Virus record (IMG/VR): IMGVR_UViG_3300037424_002632
Location: 1 to 45,016 of that record
Length of the DNA stretch: 45,016 nt
Reading direction: 5' to 3' (one strand)
Origin: a virus
Lineage: Duplodnaviria > Caudoviricetes
Positions 25,182 through 32,626 of this stretch are shown in pieces. How positions within the stretch are numbered: position 1 is the stretch's first letter; each line of letters starts with the position of its first letter. The notes under the pieces were generated by a model. The model did no database searches. It was not told where the DNA came from and worked only from the letters and a program-made list of their open reading frames with translations. Position numbers and translations under genes: made by a program.

Positions 25182-25770
25182 AGACCCCATTAAGACCCTG
25201 GAGGCGATCGAAAAGGGTCTGGATAAGAAATTAGAGAAGATTCTTAATAAGATTGCCTTCATGATTAAACGCCGGGTCGATTCTCAGGAATTCATCAAAT
25301 GGAAGACCAAGCGGAAGCCCATCGTAGTGGATAAGGCGCGCCTGGTGGGAAGTTTGATGGAGGTAAAGGTTAGAGCGGCCAGCGGCTGGAAGTGGGGCCT
25401 GGTCCTCATCGGCCCGGCGGGCTCTTCGTTCACTATCGAAAACTTTGGCGGCATGCTGGCCATTCCCACCGACGCCGCCAAGCTGACTTTTAGAGGCAAA
25501 AAGGTAGGCCCGAAGCAATACAAAGGCACCACGATCCACAACAATATCATTTGGGGCAAGGCCGGCTGGGGCGGGGTTGGAAGCGGCGGTTATTTGCGCC
25601 AGCGCCGGGCCGCGGGGGAGAAATTTACCAAAAATAAGGAGATCCCCCTGTTCATCCTAAAAAAATCAGTAGTAGTGCGGCGGCGAGTCATCCCGGCTGA
25701 CATGCAAGCCTGGGGCAATAGATTGCTCCGGCAGTATCTGGTCACCGCCCGCATCCTGAAACCCGAATAG
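25174..25770 (+). CDS. Paralog of tail completion protein 6192..6767
   Basis: Full-length alignment, about 55% identity by hand count; AAGGAGG RBS; overlaps ligase stop. Confidence 0.9.
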   Translation: MPKDPIKTLEAIEKGLDKKLEKILNKIAFMIKRRVDSQEFIKWKTKRKPIVVDKARLVGSLMEVKVRAASGWKWGLVLIGPAGSSFTIENFGGMLAIPTDAAKLTFRGKKVGPKQYKGTTIHNNIIWGKAGWGGVGSGGYLRQRRAAGEKFTKNKEIPLFILKKSVVVRRRVIPADMQAWGNRLLRQYLVTARILKPE

Positions 25771-25796
25771 CACTTTTTACAACAAGGAGAAAGTTA

Positions 25797-25976
25797 ATGA
25801 CCCATCTCATGGTAGCGGCGGCTTCGCTTATCTTGGCGGTGATCTTTTCCCGGCAATTTCTCCAGGCCCGGCGGCGGGCGCCCTTGCTGGCCCGCCTGGC
25901 CCGGTATGCCGCCGAAGCGACCCCGGACCGGGCCGCAGGCTATTTCCCCGGCTCCTTGTCGGACCCCAGGGATTGA
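25797..25976 (+). CDS. Small membrane-anchored protein (59 aa)
   Basis: Not in ORF track; AAGGAG RBS; MTHLMVAAASLILAVIFSRQF. Confidence 0.6.
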   Translation: MTHLMVAAASLILAVIFSRQFLQARRRAPLLARLARYAAEATPDRAAGYFPGSLSDPRD

Positions 25977-25995
25977 GGCCATAAGGATTATTCGC

Positions 25996-26040
25996 GGCTT
26001 TGCATGGCCCGGCGAGGCCAGACAAGGCCGGGCGAGGCAA
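25996..26040 (+). repeat. Degenerate pentanucleotide tract (GGCNN)x9
   Basis: GGCTT TGCAT GGCCC GGCGA GGCCA GACAA GGCCG GGCGA GGCAA. Confidence 0.65.
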
Positions 26041-26045
26041 ACTTT

Positions 26046-26219
26046 ATGAGTGATCCGGAACCCATCGGCACCATCGTCAAACGCCTCTTGGGCGAGATGC
26101 AGGCAGCCAGGGCCCAGGCCGGTGGCCAGACGCCCCGCCTCGAGCTTTGGGATGAGGCGCCCGGACGTAGGGCAGAACCCAGTGGCGCAGGCGTCCCCGC
26201 CTGCGGACCTCTTTTTTAA
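26046..26219 (+). CDS. Hypothetical protein with REP-derived C-terminus
   Basis: MSDPEPIGTIVKRLLGEMQ; GAGG upstream. Confidence 0.55.
   Translation: MSDPEPIGTIVKRLLGEMQAARAQAGGQTPRLELWDEAPGRRAEPSGAGVPACGPLF
26182..26205 (+). repeat. REP-like palindrome
   Basis: GTGG CGCAGGC GTCCCC GCCTGCG GACC. Confidence 0.85.
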
Positions 26220-26248
26220 GCGAGGTACGGCATGGCAAGGCGAGGGAA
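26219..26248 (+). repeat. Degenerate pentanucleotide tract (GGCNN)x6
   Basis: AGCGA GGTAC GGCAT GGCAA GGCGA GGGAA. Confidence 0.5.
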
Positions 26249-26297
26249 CTTTTATATGCGACTACCGCATCATCAAAGATGCACCCAGGAACCCTTT

Positions 26298-26762
26298 ATG
26301 AGTGATTCCGTTCTCGAACAGATGGTGGCCTACGCCGTCCGGCATACCCCGGAACTGGCCATCAAGGAGATGGTGCTGCTGACCCAACGCGTCGCCGAAC
26401 TCGAACAGGAACTCGCCCGGGGGCAGGAGGCGCTGCCCGGCCCTGACCCCGCCGGCCGCCAACGGCCATTGTATTGTAGCTGCCGGGCCGTCAATGGCGA
26501 CGATCCGGCCTGCCGGGTCCATGGCACCTTTGAAACCGACATCACCCGGGCCAACAATCTCATCGCCGAATGGGGCCTCATAGCCCAAAGCATCGCCCAA
26601 CAGTGCAAGTGGCGCCCCCAGGGTAAATGCCTGCTCCACTGCCAGGGCATGGCCGTCTGCAACCTGGACGGCCTCACCCTGGTGGACCCCCAGGGCCGGT
26701 CCGTGGAAGTGGCACAAGCGTCCAGTGGCACAGGCGTCCCGCCTGTGGACCCTAAACCATGA
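26298..26762 (+). CDS. Hypothetical Cys-rich protein with REP-derived C-terminus
   Basis: MSDSVLEQ start; CSC...CRVHG motif. Confidence 0.6.
   Translation: MSDSVLEQMVAYAVRHTPELAIKEMVLLTQRVAELEQELARGQEALPGPDPAGRQRPLYCSCRAVNGDDPACRVHGTFETDITRANNLIAEWGLIAQSIAQQCKWRPQGKCLLHCQGMAVCNLDGLTLVDPQGRSVEVAQASSGTGVPPVDPKP
26725..26747 (+). repeat. REP-like palindrome
   Basis: GTGG CACAGGC GTCCC GCCTGTG GACC, preceded by half copy at 26709. Confidence 0.85.
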
Positions 26763-27043
26763 CCCACCCCATCCGCAAAAACTACTGGGTCATGGCCATA
26801 GGAAGAGAATTATGAGGAAACCGCCAAAAAACTTAGATACTGCACCGCGTTATTGCGCATGTGGTTGTGGAAAAATTCTCATCGCCGAATGGGGCCTCAT
26901 AGCCCAAAGCATCGCCCAACAGTGCAAGTGGCGCCCCCAGGGTAAATGCCTGCTCCACTGCCAGGGCATGGCCGTCTGCAACCTGGACGGCCTCACCCTG
27001 GTGGACCCCCAGGGCCGGTCCGTGGAAGTGGCACAAGCGTCCA

Positions 27044-27066
27044 GTGGCACAGGCGTCCCGCCTGTG
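27044..27066 (+). repeat. REP-like palindrome (duplicated copy)
   Basis: Identical to 26725..26747. Confidence 0.85.
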
Positions 27067-27130
27067 GACCCTAAACCATGACCCACCCCATCCGCAAAAA
27101 CTACTGGGTCATGGCCATAGGAAGAGAATT

Positions 27131-27637
27131 ATGAGGAAACCGCCAAAAAACTTAGATACTGCACCGCGTTATTGCGCATGTGGTTGTGGAAAAATTACCA
27201 ATATCTCACGAGACACCGGAAAAGGCCGGGTAAGAGGAAGATATAATAAATATTGTAACGGCCACAACCATAAAGGGGAAACAGGCTCACTATCCACCAC
27301 CTGGAAAGGTGGAAGGGTTAGCACCAAACATGTTTTAAAGGCAAGAGAAGTTCTTGGCAAATCATTGCCTAAAGGAACTGTAGTTCATCATCACTCAAAA
27401 GAACAACTTGTAATCTGTGAAAATCAAGCATATCACCTATTACTTCATCAACGCACAAGGGCGCTCAAAGCATGTGGTAATGCCAATTGGCGTAAGTGTT
27501 ATATATGCAAAAAATATGATGAGCCAAGGGGGCTTTCTATACCCAGCATGAAAGGTCGCCAAGCATATCATAAATGTTGCATGGCAAAACATGTCAGAAG
27601 GATAACATACAAACAAAAAGAAAAACCTATTTCCTAA
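27131..27637 (+). CDS. HNH-like homing endonuclease, possibly degenerate
   Basis: YCACGCGK, WKGG, HVLKAREVLGKSL..GTVVHH..LVICENQAYHLLLH; AT-rich; loop after HH looks shortened and lacks the usual Asn. Confidence 0.75.
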   Translation: MRKPPKNLDTAPRYCACGCGKITNISRDTGKGRVRGRYNKYCNGHNHKGETGSLSTTWKGGRVSTKHVLKAREVLGKSLPKGTVVHHHSKEQLVICENQAYHLLLHQRTRALKACGNANWRKCYICKKYDEPRGLSIPSMKGRQAYHKCCMAKHVRRITYKQKEKPIS

Positions 27638-27769
27638 TAAAAGTTTCCTGGGCCGGCCTGCACCACCGGGTGCTCCAGATCCGCACCGCCCTGGTCCTGC
27701 CCCTGGACGGCCGGCGGGCCCGGATGATCGCCCGGAGCTTGGGCGGCAATTACCTGAAGGAGGCCTGAG

Positions 27770-27940
27770 ATGCCCATGAAAGACCTGCTCGCCCTTTACC
27801 TCATCGACTACAACCACCTCACCCGGCCGGAGAAGGCCCGGGCCTGTTGGTACGCCGTGATTATCTGTATCCCCCTGGTGGCGGTCATCCTGGCGCACTG
27901 GTGGTACGGCCCGGGACTGGATCGGGTTATGGGGTGGTGA
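27770..27940 (+). CDS. Small membrane protein (56 aa)
   Basis: Not in ORF track; AAGGAGG RBS; WYAVIICIPLVAVILAHWW segment. Confidence 0.65.
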   Translation: MPMKDLLALYLIDYNHLTRPEKARACWYAVIICIPLVAVILAHWWYGPGLDRVMGW

Positions 27941-28380
27941 TGATGGGGCCATTTGATCCGTTTCACATCAAGGATGAGCCGGGGTTTGATTACGGCTGGA
28001 GTGGAGACGCGATATCGCCCTACTCGCCTTTTTTTTACGATGGGGTCTCGATGATCTCCAAACGACACCTGATCAGTCACAAATGGGTGCAGGTGTTAAT
28101 GAGGCCCCGAATAGGTAGGAGTTTTACAGCCTGGCCGCACGATGGCTGTGATTATTTTGAACGGTTTGTTGCCATGGCCAAGGCAAAATATAGGATCGTC
28201 GGCCGGGACCACCGGGAGGGAGAGGATTGCGCAGTTTTGGTTTCTCCAGCACATAAATATTCCTGCATGGTACCGGCTTATCGACTGGTCACGGTATTGG
28301 CCTCGACTATGGCGACAGAGATTTATGGCGATTTGCCTGTCTCTGCGCTGGTGTTTTGGAAAGACGACGAATTGAGGTGA
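27940..28380 (+). CDS. Hypothetical protein
   Basis: TGATG coupling with upstream gene. Confidence 0.6.
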   Translation: MMGPFDPFHIKDEPGFDYGWSGDAISPYSPFFYDGVSMISKRHLISHKWVQVLMRPRIGRSFTAWPHDGCDYFERFVAMAKAKYRIVGRDHREGEDCAVLVSPAHKYSCMVPAYRLVTVLASTMATEIYGDLPVSALVFWKDDELR

Positions 28381-28385
28381 GACAC

Positions 28386-30224
28386 ATGCCTGAACCAGTC
28401 TGCCGCCTATGCGGTTGCACCGAAGACCTGGCCTGCCCGGGCGGCTGTTCCTGGGTGGCCGACCCTGAAAACCTCGGCGACCTTTGCAGTCGTTGCCTGG
28501 AAACGAACCGCGCCTGGGAAATCCCCCTGGACCAGATCCGCCCGGCGCCCTGGAACCCGCCTTCCCGGATGGACCCGGCCAAAGTTCAGGAACTGGCCGA
28601 CAGCATCAATCGAGAGGGGCAGAGGATAATCGCCCTGGTGCGGCCGGTGGAGGCTGAGGCCCCGGTAAAGTATGAGCTGGTCTTCGGCCACCGGCGTTAT
28701 GCCGCCAAGAAGCTGCTCTCAGAAAAGGTCGACGCGGCCCATGCGGTTCTCCAGGTCGAGATTGAGGAAATGGAGGAAGAAAGAGCCATGATCCTCTCCG
28801 GCATTGAGAACCTGCAGCGGGAAGGTTTCTCCGACATCGAGGAGGCCGAGTTCTTCCGGACCTGCGGCGAACGCTACGGCGAGTCGGCCGTTAAGATGCT
28901 CGCTGAAAAGCTCTCCGTCTCCGACCGCTATATCCGCAAGCGCATCGAGATCCTGAAGCTGCCGGAGGCGGCATTGGAGCTCTGGCGGTCGGGGACCTGG
29001 CACGTCGGCCACATGGAGCAGCTCCTGCGCCTGGGGGAGAGCGACAAGGTGGCGGCCTTCCTGGATAAATTTGATTCCTGGCGCCTTGAGGAACTTGCGG
29101 TTTGGGCCTTGAAAGATGTGATCAACCGCCAGGCCCTGCCGCTCCATGCCGGCAGCTTCGACAAGGCCGAGTGTAAGACCTGCCGCAAAAATACCGACTG
29201 CCAGTTGCGGTTGTTCGGCGGCGACAAGGACAAGGGCGCCAAGTGCCTGGACCAGCATTGCTTTCAACAGAAACAGGAGGCCTGGCTGGCCGTCAACTGG
29301 CCCACGTGCAAGGCTAATAAATTCGGGACCCAGGTTGCCGTTATCGGAGATTATAATACTCCCACCACCAGGTCACTTTCTGGTTATGGAGATCCCCGCC
29401 CGGCCGAAAAGTGCGCCTCTTGCCCGCAGTTTGCTACCATCCTGAGACTTGACGGTAGCCAAATTTACGAGTCTCAGAAAAAGGTGTGCCTGGGTAAAAG
29501 CGAGTGCTTCGCCGAGCTCACGAAGGCGGCCAAGAAGAACGGGGCGAAAAATAAGGTTGCAGCGCCCGATACTCCCCGGGTGGCCTGGCATGGCGAGTTT
29601 TACCGGCAGGAATTTTATCGCCAGGAGATCCCGCAACTCATGGCCGATTTGACCGCCGATGATCCCCGGCGGCTGCAGATCGCCCTGGCCACCCTCATTC
29701 ATTCCGCCCGTGATTTACATCCATGGTTTTGGGAGAAGCTGGGGCGGGAGGTCCCCAAACAAAAAAATAGTCGGGATAATTTTTCCCTGTCATTTCCCCA
29801 GATACTGCAACTGGTAAAGCAGAACAACGGCCTGCAGGCCGAGCTCCTGATCGGCGAGGTCCTGGTGAAAATCGCCCTGCAACCCGGCCGGGGCTATGAA
29901 ACCACCTTTTCCGACCGCGACCGCCAGGCCCTGGCCGAATTCCTCGACATCGATTTTGCCAAATTTAAGGTAACCGAAGAATACCTGAATAAGAAAACCA
30001 AAAGCGAGCTTGTGAGGTTTATCATTCACGATTCGGGTCTTTGGCAAACTCCCGAGTTCAAGGATGGCATGATTCGGCAAGGCCTTTCATCTGCATTAAC
30101 GCCTGAGCAGCTGGCCGCGCAGAAGAAGCCCGCCCTGGTGGATCTCCTGCTCAACTGCGGCGTGGATCTCCACGGCCGGCTGCCCAAGGAGATTGCGGAT
30201 CGGCCGAAACTGGCGAATGACTAA
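28386..30224 (+). CDS. ParB/RepB/Spo0J family protein with Cys-rich domains
   Basis: ELADSI..EG, YELVFGHRRY, IENLQREGFSDIEEA, HTH; N-terminal CRLCGCT..ACPGGCSWV; internal CKTC and CASC. Confidence 0.88.
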   Translation: MPEPVCRLCGCTEDLACPGGCSWVADPENLGDLCSRCLETNRAWEIPLDQIRPAPWNPPSRMDPAKVQELADSINREGQRIIALVRPVEAEAPVKYELVFGHRRYAAKKLLSEKVDAAHAVLQVEIEEMEEERAMILSGIENLQREGFSDIEEAEFFRTCGERYGESAVKMLAEKLSVSDRYIRKRIEILKLPEAALELWRSGTWHVGHMEQLLRLGESDKVAAFLDKFDSWRLEELAVWALKDVINRQALPLHAGSFDKAECKTCRKNTDCQLRLFGGDKDKGAKCLDQHCFQQKQEAWLAVNWPTCKANKFGTQVAVIGDYNTPTTRSLSGYGDPRPAEKCASCPQFATILRLDGSQIYESQKKVCLGKSECFAELTKAAKKNGAKNKVAAPDTPRVAWHGEFYRQEFYRQEIPQLMADLTADDPRRLQIALATLIHSARDLHPWFWEKLGREVPKQKNSRDNFSLSFPQILQLVKQNNGLQAELLIGEVLVKIALQPGRGYETTFSDRDRQALAEFLDIDFAKFKVTEEYLNKKTKSELVRFIIHDSGLWQTPEFKDGMIRQGLSSALTPEQLAAQKKPALVDLLLNCGVDLHGRLPKEIADRPKLAND

Positions 30225-30310
30225 ATTCTCTGGTTCTGCCCTTGCCACGCTCTGATGACATTCGGTGCGGTGGTGGAAATCGCCGTTGACAGCCTTGGAG
30301 AATCGCGGTA

Positions 30311-30646
30311 ATGACCCTTAAGCCCCTTCTTACCCCGGAACAGGTCGCCGACCTCTTGCAAATCAGCCCGCAAACGGTGTATCGTTACCAGGCGCGGTTA
30401 GGGGGTTTTTGTCCTGCTGGTATTGGGGTATTGCGATTTAAGCCAGGGATAATCCATGCCATCATGGAAAACCAAATGGGGGTGGCGGTACCGGTTTCAA
30501 TTGAGCGGGGAGTTCTACGGGAAGTCGGGATTCAAAACCAAGAAAGAGAGCGAGGCCGCAGAAGCGGCACATCGAAAAAAGTTAAAACCAGCGAAGAACT
30601 CCGCACCCGAGCCGCAGAAGTCGGGCTTCGCCTCCCTGACCGTTGA
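30311..30646 (+). CDS. xis: Excisionase-like HTH protein
   Basis: LLTPEQVADLLQISPQTVYR; directly upstream of and overlapping integrase. Confidence 0.75.
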   Translation: MTLKPLLTPEQVADLLQISPQTVYRYQARLGGFCPAGIGVLRFKPGIIHAIMENQMGVAVPVSIERGVLREVGIQNQERERGRRSGTSKKVKTSEELRTRAAEVGLRLPDR

Positions 30647-31505
30647 GTACCTGGAATGGGGAAAGCGCCGATTTGCCGATAAGACCTGGAAATATAAGCG
30701 TTTCGTTTTCCAGACCTTCCTGGATCGAATGGGGGATATGCCTTTATCGGACTTGTCCCTGCCCGCCCTGGAAAAATTTCTTCTGACCCGTCACAGCAAT
30801 TCCAATTACAACCGCTTTCGGAAAGAACTCTGCTGCCTCCTGGCCTGGGCCAGAAAGCGGAGATATGTCGATACTGATCCCTGCTTTGACCTGGAAAAAC
30901 TCAAAGAGGACCACGCCCGAAAAATCATTCCTACCCAAGACGATATGCGCCGGCTGCTCCTGGCGGCAGGGGAGGACCGGCCCTTGATCCTGGTCCTCTA
31001 TCATACCCTGGCACGAATAGATGAAGCTCTACGGCTCCGGTGGCAGGACGTGAATTTTCAGGAGCAGGCGGTGACTCTCTGGACCCGAAAACGCCAGGGC
31101 GGGGAATGGGCCAGTGATACCATGCACATGAATCAAGTGTTGTACGACACGCTCTGGACGCTCTGGAAGGCCCGGAAACAAGAGGAGTGGGTATTTCTGA
31201 ACCCCAGGAGCGGGACGCGTTATATCTACCGTCCCAAGCTCATGAGGTCAATCTGCAAACGAGCCGGGGTAAGACATTTTGGCTTTCATGCGATCCGGCA
31301 TTATGTCGCCAGTTTTCTTCATGATGCCAAGAAAATCTCCGTGTCCCAGGTGAGCAAACTTTTGAGGCACCAGAACAAGGCGACCACGGAGAGATATTTG
31401 CAGGTGGTAGACCCGGGCTCCCGGGCGGCAATGAAGGCTCTTGAGGGGGATTTTTTGATGCCTCTCAATGATCAATCTCAAAATAGTCCAGATAGTTGTA
31501 ACTAA
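30456..31505 (+). CDS. int: Tyrosine integrase
   Basis: Arm-binding N-domain; catalytic R (LARIDE), HAIR, LRH and TERY all present. Confidence 0.95.
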   Translation: MPSWKTKWGWRYRFQLSGEFYGKSGFKTKKESEAAEAAHRKKLKPAKNSAPEPQKSGFASLTVEYLEWGKRRFADKTWKYKRFVFQTFLDRMGDMPLSDLSLPALEKFLLTRHSNSNYNRFRKELCCLLAWARKRRYVDTDPCFDLEKLKEDHARKIIPTQDDMRRLLLAAGEDRPLILVLYHTLARIDEALRLRWQDVNFQEQAVTLWTRKRQGGEWASDTMHMNQVLYDTLWTLWKARKQEEWVFLNPRSGTRYIYRPKLMRSICKRAGVRHFGFHAIRHYVASFLHDAKKISVSQVSKLLRHQNKATTERYLQVVDPGSRAAMKALEGDFLMPLNDQSQNSPDSCN

Positions 31506-31555
31506 AGAGACTTGCGCTATCACCTAATATAAATTATAATCTCCTTATAAATCAA

Positions 31556-31632
31556 TGGTCGGGGTGGCGAGATTTGAACTCGCAACTTCTTGGTCCCAAA
31601 CCAAGCGCGCTGCCGGATTGCGCTACACCCCG
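31556..31632 (-). tRNA. trnP: tRNA-Pro (TGG), complete with CCA; candidate attP
   Basis: Acceptor CGGGGTG/CACCCCG, D stem GCGC/GCGC, anticodon arm CTTGG-TTTGGGA-CCAAG, T arm GCGAG-TTCAAAT-CTCGC, ACCA end; 77 nt. Confidence 0.96.
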
Positions 31633-31647
31633 AAAAGGAGATTAATC

Positions 31648-32190
31648 TTGACTGCCTGGAATACTAAATATGGCTGGCGTTATCGCTTCACGGTTAACGG
31701 TCAATCTTACACCGGTTCTCCATTTATTACAAAGGAAGAAGCCATAGAGGCGGAGACAGAACGCCGCAAGGCAGTTACCGCAGAGGCATCTAAACAGGCA
31801 CTAATTATAATTCCTTTCACCATGGATATTGGCCGGGGGGCCAAAGGCCGGAAGCCCCTGGAAATCGTGATTGACAGCAAAGGCTGCTTTATCTGTATTT
31901 CTCATAAGAATCAAGTGGGCTATCCGCAAATCAAACACCTGGGTAAATATATTAGGCTACACAGGTTGGTTTATCAAGTGCTCCATGGCCCGATCCCGGA
32001 AGGAATATTGGTCATGCACACTTGCGACAACCCTTTATGCATCAACCCGCTTCACCTTACCCTGGGAACTCATGCGGACAACCAAGCAGACAAGGTTGCC
32101 AAAGGAAGGCACCTACCCTCGATGGAAATTATAGAAAGCATGAAATATCCTGACAGGGTTCTGAGGCATTTTCACGAACAAAAATCATGA
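31648..32190 (+). CDS. HNH endonuclease with N-terminal integrase arm-binding-like domain
   Basis: AAGGAG RBS plus TTG start; RLHRLVY..HGPIP...VMHTCDNPLCINPLHLTLGTHADNQAD; N-terminus paralogous to Int residues 1-43. Confidence 0.9.
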   Translation: MTAWNTKYGWRYRFTVNGQSYTGSPFITKEEAIEAETERRKAVTAEASKQALIIIPFTMDIGRGAKGRKPLEIVIDSKGCFICISHKNQVGYPQIKHLGKYIRLHRLVYQVLHGPIPEGILVMHTCDNPLCINPLHLTLGTHADNQADKVAKGRHLPSMEIIESMKYPDRVLRHFHEQKS

Positions 32191-32437
32191 AAATTAACAA
32201 ACCCGCGCAGACAACCTTCTCAGGTACTTAGACGCCAAAATGTCTATATAACTAAAAGAGTAGTGAATTAAATTGGTTATGATGTCAAATTTAGTAGCGA
32301 CACCCCGCTCCCAAAGCAGTGAGGCCATACTCGAGGCCCTGAAAACATGGGGGTTTGCGGAGAAAATCTTCTCATATTTATAGCCTAATCTTCTCAAATA
32401 CCCTCCAATCCGCGCAATGGACCCGCGCAAATATCTC

Positions 32438-32471
32438 TTGAAAAAACTTCCTTATAGTAATATATTATATT
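32438..32471 (+). promoter_or_regulatory. Sigma70-type promoter with overlapping inverted repeat
   Basis: TTGAAA-17 bp-TATATT; AATATA-T-TATATT at 32459..32471. Confidence 0.65.
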
Positions 32472-32472
32472 C

Positions 32473-32601
32473 ATGCTAAAGATTCTTAAATTGATTTGCC
32501 TCCGGTGTGGACATAAATGGGTGCCCAGGAAAGAAGAGGTCAGGGTATGCCCACATTGCAAAAGCCCTTATTGGAATAAGGAAAAGCAGGCAAAATCCTA
32601 G
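32473..32601 (+). CDS. 42-aa zinc-ribbon microprotein, probably leaderless
   Basis: Not in ORF track; MLKILKLICLRCGHKWVPRKEEVRVCPHCKSPYWNKEKQAKS; ATG at the predicted +1. Confidence 0.8.
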   Translation: MLKILKLICLRCGHKWVPRKEEVRVCPHCKSPYWNKEKQAKS

Positions 32602-32626
32602 TGGTTCTTATATCTGGGGAGGACTC

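Larger units (their letters stand above)
26558..27195 (+). repeat. Perfect 319-bp tandem duplication (26558..26876 and 26877..27195)
   Basis: Direct comparison shows no mismatches; each unit carries a half REP and a full REP. Confidence 0.95.

Noticed and set aside
20197-27066. CRISPR array or mini-array from the palindromic repeats
   Set aside because: Copies are dispersed at irregular distances, vary in sequence, and no cas genes are present; they fit REPs.
27117-27648. Group I intron or IS element around the HNH
   Set aside because: Too little flanking sequence for a ribozyme, no transposase, no convincing terminal inverted repeats.
31555-31647. N-terminal 31 codons of the 211-aa ORF (MVGVARFELATSWSQT...)
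   Set aside because: This is the antisense reading of the tRNA; the real start is TTG at 31648 after AAGGAG.
32194-32430. 78-aa minus-strand ORF in AT-rich gap
   Set aside because: No motif or clear RBS; cannot be supported.
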